A program made the translations under genes and the position numbers. A DNA stretch of 64,000 bases from Callorhinchus milii. Its lineage: Eukaryota. The notes beneath the pieces were generated by a model. It was given only the letters and a program-made list of their open reading frames with translations, was not told the DNA's origin and did not search any database. The stretch's first letter is position 1. Every line of letters begins with the position of its first letter. This document shows positions 51,016 to 64,000 of this stretch, piece by piece. Location: NCBI RefSeq assembly GCF_018977255.1, contig NW_024704743.1, positions 63,614,001 through 63,678,000 on the forward strand, read 5' to 3'.

Positions 51016-51244
51016 AAATAAAAGAAATACTTTGTGGCTGTTTGTGAAACATTGCTGCCAATTAAATAGTCACTACACCTGACAGAAAGTTCTTGTAAAG
51101 TGCTCTGAGATGCTTTGACTTGATAAGGTGCAATACCTAATCTAGGAATATTAAGACCACTGAATATTCAAATGAAAGCACATGGCTCTCAGAGTTGAAG
51201 CTTTAAGTCCTAAAAACTATTAGTTACACATAACCATAATCTAT

Positions 51245-51490
51245 TTATTTTGGTCAGTCGGGTGTCTGACACATGTAGAAACCCACCATCGAGCTTAAGA
51301 GTATCCAAACCAGACTGAGAATTCCATGCATCCCAAATACATATGGAAATCCCAGAGATAGATTGTTGGAATGGAATGCGCACTCTCTCCCCCGAGGGAC
51401 GCATCTGCTTACCCAATTCTGGAAAGTATTAGGCGCAGGTTGGCAAGAGCCAAGAGTGTGCGTTGGGGTACCGCTGGAGTCTAACCAAGG
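51245..51490 (-). mobile_element. Unclassified hairpin-rich repeat, copy 5 (3' half)
   Basis: Alignment to 18605-18775 and 55785-56020. Confidence 0.8.
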
Positions 51491-52159
51491 AGACTAGTCA
51501 CTAGTCGGTCGTTTGACATCCAATGCTCACCAGATGAAAGGTAAGTACCAGAAACTCCCTGCAGGCTTCCTGGTGGATCTAAGCAGCAATAAACTCAAGA
51601 GTACAATACAGTCCAGTATTCCACTTCATGCTGTAACATATCGGATCACAGCAGGAAGCTAACAAAGTAACAATTCAATCAAGTTCAAGCATCCCTCCTG
51701 AGAACGAAGATTGAATTAGTGGTAGAGTTTCACTGCCAACCATTTGTGATTATTGTGACATATTGTTCACTCTAATAGCCTCTTTATATGCCAAAGCTGC
51801 TTGATGAGAAACAGCTCCATGGTACAGGAAGTCCACAGTGCATTGGAATTTGCCCCATTAACTCTGGAGAGTAACATGACACTGATTTTGATACACAAAT
51901 AGTAACTTTCATTTTACAATTGCAGAACTTCTCCCCCTCCCCCACTCCTTCCAGGTTTCTGAGGAAGGTCTGTAGAAGATAGCAATGCAAAGACTGCATT
52001 GCTGGTTTACACTGGGGGAAAAGAGCTAGAAAATTTATAAAACGCCCCACATTTCTCTAGTACATATACATAGAAACAAGAAAATTGGCAGCAGGGACCA
52101 CTTGTCCCCTGGGAAGGTCTGAACAGGCTGTCAATGTAAATGTTAGGAAACTGGTAACA

Positions 52160-52800
52160 ACACCCGGCTCCGCCACTGTCTCACACCGCAGGCCGCCGAA
52201 ACACTCATACACGCTTTCATTACAGAGGCTCGACCATGCAAACTTACTGCTTGTCGGCCTCCCCAACTCCTCCCTCCACAGGCTGCAGATCACCCAGAAC
52301 TCTGCAGCCCATGTCCTCTCCCACACTAGGCTCCATGACCCTATCACCCCCATCCTCACTCAACTCCACTGGCTTCCCATCACACAGAGGATACATTTCA
52401 AGATTCTGGTCCTCACCTTCAAAGCCCCCCATGGTCTTGCTCCTCCCTACCTCTGCGACCTCCTAACCCCCTACCATCCTGTTTGCTCACTCCGTTTAGT
52501 GGGCTCCAGCCTGCTTAACATCCACCGCTTTGCTCACCCACTATTGGCGGGCGGGTCTTCAGCCATTCTGCCCCGACCCTCTGGAACTCCATCCCGCATT
52601 CACTCTGCCTTGCCCCCTCCATTGCCACCTTCAAGACCCATCTCAAGACCCTCCTCTTCGACTGTGCTTTCAATATACCCCCCTTGCCCTCCACCCTCCC
52701 CCCGAAACCCAGCTCGGGTCCATAACTCTGTCTGTCCAGCGTCTTGGGATGTCCTCTTGAGGTGAAAGACCTTTACAAATGTAATTTTGTTGTTGTTATT
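52160..52800 (+). mobile_element. L2 3' fragment
   Basis: LQITQNSAAHVL...LHWLPITQRIHFK; tail. Confidence 0.92.
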
Positions 52801-53459
52801 ATTGGAGCAAGCATTGATGTGTTGTCATTGGCACTGCTACCCCCAGAAGTCCTAAATATCTCCTCTCAGATTGATAGGAAGCATGAATAGGAAATACATG
52901 TACTCCATGGATGGTTTAGAGCTTGATAAGCATAAACCATGTCAAACAGCATGAGGCTGCAAGAAACATGGCAAATAGGATGCTAGGCTATACTGCTAAA
53001 TCAATTTTATTCAAATCCCTGGCCATCATACTCAAGCTTAGTAATAATAACCCTTGCATTTGGTATAGGGCTTTATCACGTCTTTAAGACGTCATAAAGT
53101 GCTTCACAGAATATACTGTAAAGTAAATTGACTGTATATTTTGTGGGCGAAGCACAGCGAGTGCTTTAACCACTGAGCTACAGGACTCCACGGTACTTAC
53201 AGTTCTGCACACAATTCTGGCTGCCACGACATAAGAGGACTGCCTACAGGCAGTGTTGAAAAACGATGCTGACAATGCCCAGTGTTAGAGGAATAAGCTA
53301 GTAGCGACAATTATAGAAACTAGGGCTCTTCGGTATTGAAAAAAGATGCCTTAAAGGGAGACTTAGAGGGTTCTACAAAATTTTATATGGGATTGAAAAA
53401 GTAACCCCAGATCAATACTTTGTATCAGGATTGTAGAACAAGAGACTATAGTTTTAGAG

Positions 53460-53945
53460 TTACTGGCTTCCCATCACACAAAGGATACAATTCAAGATCC
53501 TGGTCCTTCCTTCAAAGCCCTCCATGGTCTTGCTCCCCCTTACCTCTGCAACCTTCTAACCTGTACTGAAATGCTGTACACTGTCCAGCGCCTTGGGATG
53601 TCTTCCCGACGTGAAAGGCGCTATACAAATGTAATCTTGTTGTTGTAACCCCCTACCAACTTGCCCATTCCCTCCACTTGGCGGGCTATGGTCTGCTTCA
53701 CGCCCCTCGCCTCGCCTGCCCCACTATTGGTGGACGGGGCTTCTGCCACTTTAACCTCATCCTCTGGAACTCTATCCCCCAGTCCTGCCGCCTTGCCCCT
53801 CCCTTGCTTCCTTCAAGACCCATTTCAAGACCCTCCTCTTCCCTCCCGATCCCGACCCCCAGCTCGGGTCCAAAACACTGACGCGCCTTGGGACGTTCTC
53901 CCGACCTGAAAGGCAATATACAAATGTAAATTTGTTGTTGTTGTC
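53460..53945 (+). mobile_element. L2 3' fragment with nested L2 tail (53562-53645)
   Basis: taacc TSD around the nested tail. Confidence 0.88.
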
Positions 53946-54480
53946 TCAAATAGACTGAAGTTGCAGATGGACACTCTCTGAAGTTTGTTCACAGCAAAGT
54001 GTGAATGACTAATTTGGTCACTGCAAAATGCTGTTATCAAAAAGTAATAGCAAGTCACAATTGCTGAGACCCACCTTGCAATCTAAGTGTCTAACAAACT
54101 GAATAGCTCTCTAAAATTCAAAGGAATATGGATTACAAGGGCGAACACGATCTGTGGAAAGTACATAATTTGGGGGGGAAAGCAACAGGGAGAAGCAACA
54201 ACATTTATATTTCATGTTTCATGCCGGAGTGTCTCAGAGGGAGAGTGTCTCACTGGCACCTCCCTACCTCTCCAACCTCCTCACACCCCAATCCGTGGAG
54301 GGCGCTATATAAGTGCAAGTCATTGTTGTTGTCAAGGGACAAGAGAAACAGTGAAGGAATGCACCATGAGAGGAAGCCTGGGTTTCAAACATACCTGGAC
54401 TTGACATTCTGAAACTATTTCATGAAGCATTGGAAATTTGTGGGTTTTCTTCCTTTCACTTAATCCTCCATATTCTGCAC

Positions 54481-54700
54481 TATACAACAACAACAGCAGA
54501 GAGGTCAAGAAGGACGAGGAGGCAGAGGGACCCCTGGTCGCAGATGGACAGAACGTAATTCATTACTTTGACCAAGGATGTTTCTGTGCTGTGGTCGGCA
54601 CGGAAACCCGATTGGGGGTGTTCGAGAAGAGAGTGGTGGGAGAGGAAGGAGCGAAGCTGAGAAGCAACAACTTGTTCCAGGACCATGGAGAGGAAAGGGA
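54481..54700 (-). mobile_element. L2 RT internal fragment
   Basis: [10 protein letters not shown]...[17 protein letters not shown]...LVLLDLSA. Confidence 0.85.
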
Positions 54701-55784
54701 TTTTATATATATTTTATATATATATAAAGCATTCCATATTTATTATTTAAACTGTTAGCATTGGAAAATGTTTGTAAGATTCTTCATATGTTTGCATCCG
54801 AGACTGTGTAAGAAATCCTGGCCTGCTATTTTCCACTCCGGGACAATCTGAACTTGACATTTGCATCTGGGGTATGTAAGTGAATGCCAAAAGGCTCATG
54901 AAGAACAACTAAGCTAAAAGGAAAAGGCAGCTTACCTTAAAAGTAACCAGGAGGTATTCAATAAGATGAATCCAGTCAAAATAGACAAAAACATGACAGA
55001 AGGCTTTCCCCAGCAGTAGATTACCAGGAATTAAAGTAGCTGGCACACATTGCAAAACATGTCCCAATTTGTTACATGAAAAATATATTTGCATCTGCCA
55101 TTGCTCAGTTATTATGAACTCTGGTAGCAGGATCAAGTAATAAGCAGCAATTCAGTGCCCAGTCAGCGCACTCCTCCACCACCACAAAGTGCTTTTCAAA
55201 AACAATTGCCTGAATGATTGCCTGAGCCAATAATGAGATAACTACTTTACATTAATTGCAATCTAATGCTTTCTGATGGAGGGAAATTAAGCTTTTTTTC
55301 TCTGCAAGAAAAAAGTGGTTCATTGAGGCACGAATGCTCTGTGGGATTCGATTCCCTAACACCTTTTTTGTTGTTCTTAAAGAGACGGGAACACAACATA
55401 CCCAAATTCCAACAAGTTTTCATCATCAACCAACACCTGTGCTTTCTGAGATTTATCAATAGATGAAGCATCAGATGTGCCTCCAGGTAACATGATAAGA
55501 GGAATCCCTCTATTTGCTACCCATAAACATATCCATTACAAAGGAAGCAATCTGCTAACCCATTACTAAAATGGGATTACAATGCACAGAAAAGATAGCT
55601 CATGCAGAAAACATTATATGGTGATTTTGCTTAGATTAACTGCTTGCATTTATATACCTGCCACTGTTGACATAGAATAAGGTCTCAGAGTGCTTTACAA
55701 TGGCAGGGACAGACGCTGAATCTCTCTTGTGATCTCAACCCAATAGGTCCTGATTCACAGCAAAATTTGCCAATTTGTGTGGTA

Positions 55785-56301
55785 TCAGCAGGATGTCTGA
55801 CCAATGCGGAAACCCATCACCATGCTTAAAAGTAACCAAATCAAGCTGAGATTTCCTTGTATCCCACCTACACTGGAAATCCCAGAGATACATGGTTGGA
55901 ATGGAATGCATACTCTCTCCCTGGAGAGACGCATTCCTGCTTACCTAATTCCAGAAAGTATTAGGCGCTGGTTGGCGGATCCCAGAATGTGCGTTGGGGT
56001 AACTGCTGAAGTCTAACCAGCTAAAACTACACAGACAACTATTGATATTGTTGTCTGGCAAGTTTTCCTGCTGCTTGTCCAGCTAGAACCATCCTATCCG
56101 TTAGGGCTTTGGCTGCCCCCAGTGGATGCTCTGCCCTTCCAGGTCCTGCTGATCAGTCAGCCTGGCTGTGCTATCATCAGTAGTTCCGTGGAGTACTGCG
56201 GACCCACCTGGCTCAGGAACCGGACTACCGAGAAGGCCAGAGAGCCGGCTCGATTTTGACATTCCGTTGCCAGGAGAATCATTGCATTGGCAATGATTCT
56301 C
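55785..56301 (-). mobile_element. Unclassified hairpin-rich repeat, copy 6 (longest)
   Basis: Contains all segments seen in the other copies plus a perfect 12-bp hairpin at 56274-56301. Confidence 0.8.
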
Positions 56302-57919
56302 AAAGAGGTCAAAGGGATGGCTCGTGTGGGAAATGGAAATGTCACACAATGTGGTAGAGGAGCTTCTTTTTGAGGTGGGGTAAAGTCGAGAGAGTGTTAC
56401 ACTACATCCACTCACACAGTGCTTCACAGACTATTCCAATGGAGTGCCTAAATTAGAAAAATGTTCCATTTCCAGCCACCAACTAACCTTACTTTGAAGA
56501 TCACAAAATTCAAAGTTCAAGAAAGAAAACATTCCAACAATTGCAGGTCTGGCCCAGAGACAACTGGCAGCGAGCACTAGTGACGCTTCGCATAACAAAG
56601 TATAAACAGCTCCTATTCAAAAAGCAAATTAAGTTAAAAGAACTTTCAGGTATACAGTGAACCTATAGAAAACTGATTTAGTTCCCAGCAATTCTAAAGG
56701 ATGACCAGCTCAGAAAATAGTTGACCTACCCTATAATTACTCATTTATGGAACGGCTATTCTTTGCAGCTTTTAGAATACTCATTTTGTGAAACAGGTTT
56801 TAAAAATAATTGCCATTTTCTTTGAAATCACGCAACCTTGTCAGTCGTCCCACTCTAATCAGCTTCTAGGCCACAAAACAGACCAATTGAGATGAGCTTA
56901 TCAGCACTTTCCTCCTCCACCACACAGGTTCAAAGCTCTGCTCCTACGCAGTTCTCCCCTTGATAGCTTGGAAACAGTTGGAACTCAATAGTGAGACTCA
57001 AACCCATCAACTTGTGTCTGGATGTTAATTGCTTTGAACTACCAGTCAAACATTTTCTGCAAAATGGGAACATTAGTACTCGATGGAATCACATACGAGT
57101 CACTTTTATGTTATTGAGCAAAACTGCTAAAAACACTTGAAAGCCACTAATGTTTTACTTAGCTCCATTAATGCACCTCTGAAGCCACATTATACACATT
57201 AAGGAAAGGCAGCATTTCAATTTCTTGAGGACTATAATAACACAAACAGAAATGATTTCTCACAAATCTTAATTTCTGTAAGCTTTTTATTGCCTTCAAA
57301 TAATCTAAATAAGAGACACCTGAAGAAAATGTACAATCCAACATATTCGATAAGGAATCTTATAGCCATTTTGGTACAATGTGTTGTGAACTACCTCTGT
57401 ATAAAATCTATTACTGTACATGTTGATTGAAGTAAGTTACAAAAACAAATCAAAAAGACTGAATGAAAGAACAAAGGGCGATAGGAGGAAGAGTGAGAAA
57501 CGGGCACACAAAAAAAACCTTCAGATTTGACTTTTCCAATGCCCTGCTCCAGCTTTACCATCCACAAACTCCAGGCTATCCTACTCTGGGCTCTTTAAGC
57601 CCATCATCCCTCCATTGGTTCTCCAGCCCATAGGGCATCAAATTTAAGATCCTTGTCCTTATTTTCAAGACTACATAGCTGTGACCTACCCTACCTCTGT
57701 AATCTCCCACAATCCTGCTCCCTAAGCACCTCCCTTCATTCTGCCAAACCTGGCCTGCAGCATGCCAAGTGCCTGGATCTTGGTTTGATGTCTCATCTGA
57801 AGTATAACACCAACACAACAGATCCCCAGCACTGTATTGGAGTGTCAATCTATAAGAGTTCAAGTTCAGTCGTAGGGTTTTAACCCACAACCTTTTGACT
57901 CGGATAAGAGTGCTTAAGA

Positions 57920-58259
57920 GTGGAGTCCTTTAGCTCAGTGGAGTCCTGTAGCTCAGTGGTTAGAGCACTCGCTTTGTAAGTGAGAGACCTGAGTTCAATT
58001 CCAGGCAGGGCGAAACCTTGGGCAAGTTTCCTTACTCCACACACCTAATAATAATCCCTCCAAAACCAAAAACAATAATAAATTGGTCATTTTCAATCTA
58101 CGACTGTTTGTGGGACATTGCTGTGCGCAATTGGCTGCCGCGTTCGCTCACAAATATACAGTCAATTAACTTTACAGTGTGTTCTGTGAAGCGCTTTGGG
58201 ACGTCCTCCCGACGTGAAAAGCGCTATATCAAATGCAAGGATTATTATTATTATTATTA
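57920..58259 (+). mobile_element. tRNA/Deu SINE, short form, with tandem-duplicated 5' 18 bp
   Basis: gtggagtcctttagctca gtggagtcctgtagctca gtgg. Confidence 0.93.
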
Positions 58260-59199
58260 CGACTGAACCAGGCTGACACACAAAAATACATATTGGTGTT
58301 GAAAACATGCTCAAGGAAAATCGTAGTGGAAATGGTGCCTCATATTGGAAATAGCACCACATGACAAAGTACATCCCCTGCAGAGACTACCTTGTACATC
58401 TCCACCAACCTATGAAAATTTTGCTCTGAAAAAATCGTGGATTGGAACAGAGGTCTTGCAGTTCTGGGAGACATGTGTGCAAATCCTGCAGGAAGTGAAC
58501 CTTATGTGCCAAATGCTTTTTTTTTCCAGCCAAGGTACCATTTACTCTGGCATTTTCCAATGAGCACTTTTCAATCCCTTTGTCAAAGTCCCAACACTTA
58601 ATGAGAACACATCAAGTCTTTTTTTCCCGTGCTGTTTGCATGCACACAAAAAAGGAAAATCAAACTTAAAAACACCAGGAGAGCAATTAACAAATAAAAC
58701 ATGAAATATCCAATCATTGTACATGAGCAATGAAATGTGGAACTGAGTAATAACTCCTGCAATCCAATCTGCTAAAATTACAGGTCAGTAAGTGATGGCC
58801 AATATCCTAAAAGAGTTAACATTTGTTCCATCTAATGAGGCCGCAACATGTTTAATTGAAAACATACTGATTTCCTTAAGAAGATCTATATCAGAAATAA
58901 AAAAAGTAGAACGTTGTATGACTGGTCAAGTGAAACAAAACTAAATTAGGAGGTTTGACAAAACTAACCCAAAAGGCAATCACAAATGCCATGTGAAGTT
59001 TAGAGCAGTGAGGCATTTTACAAAACTGCTTTTTGTTTCTCCACTCTCCCCCAACACTTTTTCCTAAATGTACTGAATCAAACTAGTGCACAGTTCCAAA
59101 TGGTCATTTTTCATACAGGAGCACAGAGTCTCAGCTTTGAGAAATCATAACCAAATCTGAACATATTCTCACTTGGAAGTCCACCCACCTACAATTTAA

Positions 59200-59395
59200 G
59201 CAGACATCACTGGGAAAAAAACCACAGCAGTGGCAAACCAGGCTTGGGAATTTTCCCTCCCTAGCCCAAAGGCATCAAAGCCAATAATGTCCCGTTCCAG
59301 CATAAATCACTTAACCACAGACCTGGGATCAAATGTGGGACCTATCAAGTCTTTAAGGCATTGTTTCACATTGGAGTCTTAACTGAGCATCAGGA
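59200..59395 (-). mobile_element. Possible ancient tRNA-derived SINE fragment
   Basis: Degenerate A-box-like gctcagttaag and B-box-like tttgatccc on minus. Confidence 0.35.
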
Positions 59396-59709
59396 TTCGC
59401 TTTTCCTTAATTGCAAAGGAACCCCAAAATGTTTGATGCACTGACTTTACATGTGTTTTAATGTTCTAGACAATATAAAATGTACGGTGATCAGTGAGAG
59501 TTTTCTAAAATGAAGAGTAGTAATTGGATATATGTATACCACCATATAGGTGTTACACACAAAGAGAACAGGTGCTAGAAATAGTGTTTGGAAAGCTGTC
59601 AAGAATTCTGTGGCTCCCGAATGGAAACAGTAAAGCGTTGGGAGGAAAAAATAACAGGATCAATCTAATAAAAGCTGCTGGTTAACCAAGAATCCTCAAA
59701 ATCCGACAA

Positions 59710-60067
59710 ATAATAATAATAATCTTTGCATTTGATACAGCGCTTTATCACGTCTTCCAGACGTCTCAAAGCGCTTCACAGAATACGCTGTGAAGTGAAT
59801 TGACTGTGTATTTTGTGGACAAAATGTGGGCGCCAATTGCACACAGCAGTGTCACATAAACAGTAATGGACTGAGTGACCAAATTATTATTTTTGAAGGA
59901 ATTATTATTCCACCAATCGACTAACAACCGGGTTCCTACTTACTGCTAGGTAAACAGAGGTATGTGGAGTAAGGAAACTTGCCCAATGTTTGGCCCTGCT
60001 GGGAATCGAACCCAGGTCCTCTCGCTCGCGAGGCAAGTGATCTAACTAGTAAGCTACAGGACTCCAC
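59710..60067 (-). mobile_element. tRNA/Deu SINE, long form
   Basis: Alignment to other copies. Confidence 0.9.
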
Positions 60068-60104
60068 GATCTGAATACAGTAACAAATTGCACAGATAGC
60101 ACCT

Positions 60105-62240
60105 TTCATGTCTCAAGGTGCTTCCACCCGAGCTGGGGGCCTAATTCAGGAGGCGTGGGGGGCAAATGACTAAAGATGTGGTCAAAGAGAAAGGTCTTCA
60201 GACAGACCTTGGAGAGGTGAGGGAAGGAGCAAGATAAAGGGTCGCCGGGATGGAGTTCGAGTGAATGGGGCCAGATAGGCTGAAAGCCCAACTGCTGCGA
60301 GGAACATGAAGCAGGCCAGTGCCTACTGAATGGAGGGAGCGGGTAAGTTAGCAAGGTTTTAAAAGGTCACAGAAGTAGGGTAGGGAAAGATTGTGGAGGG
60401 ATGTAAAGCGAGGACAAGGATCTTGAACTCAATCTTCTGGGGGATGGGGAGGATGGGGGTGATAGGCTCACAGAGCTCACAGGGCCTATGGGAGAAGACA
60501 CAAGCTGCAGAGTTCTGGATGTTGTGCATTTGTGGAAGGAAGAATTGGGAAGTTCAGCAAACAGCGGTGTAGTTCTAATTTTTGCTACACCATTGACTAT
60601 CCTCCTCCACCATTTCTCATTCAGCTCCACCTTTACAGTTCTGCCCTAACCTGGTTTCACTTGTATCTATTCCAGTATCTCCATTTTGTTTCTTCAAACA
60701 GCTTCTCCTCCTGCATCTGCAAAGTCACATGAGGTGTTCCTCAAGGCTCAATCTTCAGTCCTCTCCTCTTTATTACCTATGTCACCTGGTGACATCATCT
60801 GCAGATGTAGGGGTTCACTACCACAGGTATGTGGATGACACCCATTCTCTGAATTCACCCTGGACCTCAGGAATCCAGCTGTTCTGACCAATTACATGCC
60901 AGCCATCATTAAGTCCTAGATGAGCTCTAACTTTCTTCAGTTTCCTGTTGATAAGGCAGAGGATCTCCTGCTTAGCTCCCATCAGTGCCTCCTCACCTCA
61001 GATGCTAACAGAATTAATCTGCTTGGATACACACACCAGGGCAGTTGATTGGTCGTTTTTGATTCCCAACTGTCTTTCAAATCCCACATCCATACTCTTA
61101 CCCACTCCCCTTCACACCGGATGGCATCCCGGAGTGCTTAACAGTGGCGGAGCCCGATGCCGAGCCAGTGGAAGGGGGAAAGTGACCGTAGGCGCAGTCG
61201 AAGATGAAGGTCTTCAAGCGTGACCTGAAAATGGGGAGGGGCCAAGGCGAACGGATTGTGGGAGAGTTCCACAGCTTTGGGGCATAGTGGCTGAAAGCAT
61301 GGCCGCCAATGATGGGCTGGAGAGTCCGGGGACAAGGAGGCGGCTAGAGCCAAGGAGGCGGCTGGAGCCAGTTGAGCGGAGGCAACGGGTGATAGTGTAG
61401 GGAGAGAGCAGGTTGGAGGGAAGGGTTGCCAGGGCATGAAGGGATTTAAATACAAGCGTGAAGATCTTCAAATCGATCCGTTCTGTAACAGGGAGCCAAT
61501 GGAGTTTGACAAGGACTGGGGTAATGGAGGTACAGAGTTTAGTGCGTGTGAGAATGTGGGCGGCAGAGTTTTGAATTGGTTGAATTTTGTGAATAATAAT
61601 AATAATAATCCTTGCATTTGATATAGCGCTTTTCACGTCGGGAGGACGTCCCAAAGCGCTTCACAGAACACACTGTAAAGTGAATTGACTGTATATATAT
61701 AGTGGAGCAGGGGAGACTTTGTTACAATCATCCCATTGTTACATTCAGGCTCGACTACCCCAACTCTCTGCTTACCGTACTCCCTAACTGTTCCCTACAC
61801 AACCTATCCAGAACTCCGCAGCAAGTGTCCTCTCCCGCATTAGGCTCAGCGAGCTCATCACCCCACCTCCCATCCTTGCTCAGCTGCATTGGTTCCCCAT
61901 CCCCCAATACAGAGTTTAAGATCCTTGCTCTCATCTTTAAATCCCTCCACTTCATCCTTCCTCTTTGACCTCCTTTAACCATAACCGGCTACCTTGCCAC
62001 TTGTTTCACTAAGTGAGCAATGGCCTGCTTCATATCCCTGCCCAATCTACCCCACCATCAACAGGCAGCTTTCAGCCATTCTGACTCTGTTCTCTGAAAC
62101 TCCATGTTGGAGTCCTTCCAACTCACGTCTTAAAATGTACCTCTGACTGCACTTTCATCATCTTCCCCCCCCTCCCCGAATGCACTTTGGGACATCCTTC
62201 CAATGTAAAAAGCACAATAGAATTCGAAATTATATTGAAT
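60105..62240. mobile_element. Cluster of L2 fragments in alternating orientation (about 60105-60570 minus, 60590-61110 plus, 61135-61591 minus, 61730-62240 plus) plus a SINE tail (61592-61698 minus)
   Basis: QNSAAHILTRTKL...LHWLPV; gaggtgttcctcaaggctca (GVPQGS); RLDYPNSLL motifs. Confidence 0.8.
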
Positions 62241-63400
62241 TAAATCACACACTAAGCATACAGCAAGGACTTGAATCATAAATGAACATGAATAACTGAA
62301 AAGCTAGCTGAGGTTTTCATTGCAAACATATATTCTGTGAAGCTCTTCGAGACGTCTCGACAACATGATAAGGTGCTATATCAAATGCAAGGACTATTAT
62401 TATTATTATCTTCACATTTGGCCAATTTAACTTTTTTGTTTGCTAGGAAAAAAGCAAAGCTTCTGTTATGTTTTAGTGAAGCATTAATGGGTTAAAACTC
62501 ATCTGGCCCCTTATTACACAACAGTGTACCCAGCGATGGTCTATTCATTGATTTTTTCCGTAAGACATCCCAATTAGAAACAGATGGTATAATGAAAACA
62601 ACTTCAATGCGATGCAAAAAGCAAGACAAGGCAACTCCTCACATACTCTTAGTGCCATTTATCATGTGTAGGCATCTTAAATATTACCTCACGTGGTTTA
62701 AACAGATGCAGAATAATAACTTATACATAAAACTGGCCACAGTTCATTCATGACTTTCACAGCGCACCTATTACACTAGCCATTGGCAAGTGACACAAAG
62801 CATATGCAATGGGTGTAAAATACTCCCATCTTCCTTTACCATTCAGTTCACCTGGCTGCTCAATGTTGACATCTTACTACCTTACAAGCTTTCTAAGCTT
62901 CCAGCACTTGCTCTGAGTTCTTGTATAAGCGCAAACTATTTTATTACGAAATATGTCTGAATCAGTTTGGGTGCAATCTTCAATCACAAGAACTAACCAG
63001 CCGAGATTCGTCATCTTACAATAACCAATCTTACAGAAGGCTAAATTTTTTGCAAACTGCAGCCCAAGATGAGAAATTTGAGCCTCAAACAGATGTACTA
63101 CAATTATAGACAATCTCCACTGTCAAACAGAACAGCTAGTGTACTTAGACCTCATATGGAGCAAGTACCTGAAGGTCAGAGCTTCCTGGGCATCAATGAT
63201 TAACCCAAGTTGTATAGTGCATCTGAGTTAGCGGATTGCTAGAATTCATATATGTGGACAAAGATGATCCCTAGATAGATTTGACAGAAAACTTAAATGT
63301 TATAAGATGAATACTTTTGGAAAACAACACTTGTATCTATCTGCCAAATGTCAAAGTCAAGAAAGCAAATTAGTTTTTGGAAGATGCCTAACTGGATGAG

Positions 63401-63742
63401 GTGGAGTCCTATAGCTTTGTGGTTAGAGCACTCGCCTCGCAAGCAAGAGGGCCTGGGTTTGATTCCCGGGCAGGGTGAAACATTGGGCAATTCGCTTACT
63501 CCATACGTCTCTGTTTACCAGCAATAGGTAGGAATCCAGTTGTTAGTCACTTGGTGGATCACATTTCTGCAGGTAATAATCCCTTCAATAATAATAATTT
63601 GGTCACTGTTTGTGGGACACTGTTGTTTCGTCCACAAGATATACAGTCAATTCACTTTACAGTATATTCTGTGAAGCGCTTTGAGACGTCTGGAAGACGT
63701 GATAAGCTGCTGGATCAAATGCAAGGATTATATTATTATATT
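63401..63742 (+). mobile_element. tRNA/Deu SINE, long form
   Basis: Alignment to other copies. Confidence 0.88.
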
Positions 63743-63839
63743 ATAGAAAACTCCAAATGGACCATAGTTTTCAAGTTTGGCATAAGTCCTAGTCTCTGTT
63801 CAATTTACTCCAAAACACCAACAGAAGGAATGATCTAAT

Positions 63840-64000
63840 TCAGAAGGCTGAAATAGAGATTCCACTGACTCCCAGTACCCTAGCAGACCAAAATCATGAT
63901 CTTCAAACTGACCTTCATGAAACGATCTTGTCCTCCTTACCTATTCAATCTCCTCCAACCTATGTTCCTCCTGTACCCTCCACTCTTCAGACTCTGGTCA
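63840..64000 (-). mobile_element. Old CR1 3' fragment
   Basis: Degenerate RT C-terminal remnant (ttccactgactcccagtaccct...). Confidence 0.45.

Larger units (their letters stand above)
213..64000 (-). other. Large upstream intron (probably intron 1) of the EPB41L4B-like gene
   Basis: No exon encoding the expected upstream ...CRVxLLDGTEVSVDLP peptide and no CpG island seen; sequence is repeat-dominated. Confidence 0.7.

Noticed and set aside
54936..55094. Possible phase-0 exon MQIYFSC...LLVTFK with AAG/gtaagc donor (minus)
   Set aside because: Peptide looks random and has no recognisable similarity; chance expectation is high.
1..64000. CRISPR array, operon, rRNA or other prokaryotic system
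   Set aside because: Sequence is eukaryotic intron; no regularly spaced repeat-spacer structure or dense coding seen.

Overview
Vertebrate genomic DNA, most likely a cartilaginous fish. That assignment is inferred from the repeat complement: CR1 with (ATTCTATG)n tails, abundant L2 with (GTT)n tails, and tRNA/Deu-domain SINEs. The only host coding sequence I can support is one 105-bp phase-0 exon on the minus strand (108-212), encoding FERM F1-lobe sequence [35 protein letters not shown]. It best matches EPB41L4B (EPB41L5 is the alternative). The rest of the window is upstream intron of that gene; the canonical first coding exon is not visible. It is filled with CR1 and L2 LINE fragments, one near-full-length decayed CR1, about 20 copies or fragments of a young tRNA-Ala/Deu/L2-tail SINE in two modular forms, older DeuSINEs and Tigger/Kolobok-like MITEs. 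Nearly all ORF-track hits are TE fragments or chance ORFs. The most interesting observations are: a six-copy, hairpin-rich, roughly 500-nt unclassified retroposon-like family; a TSD-bounded Vingi-like insertion with twin-priming architecture; two strong intronic fold-back hairpins; covarying L2/SINE 3' stem-loops; local gene-conversion signatures; decayed Penelope-type hammerhead cores; and a candidate alternative first exon. All repeat names are from motif recognition by eye, not database searches, and TE boundaries are approximate unless TSD/TIR coordinates are given.
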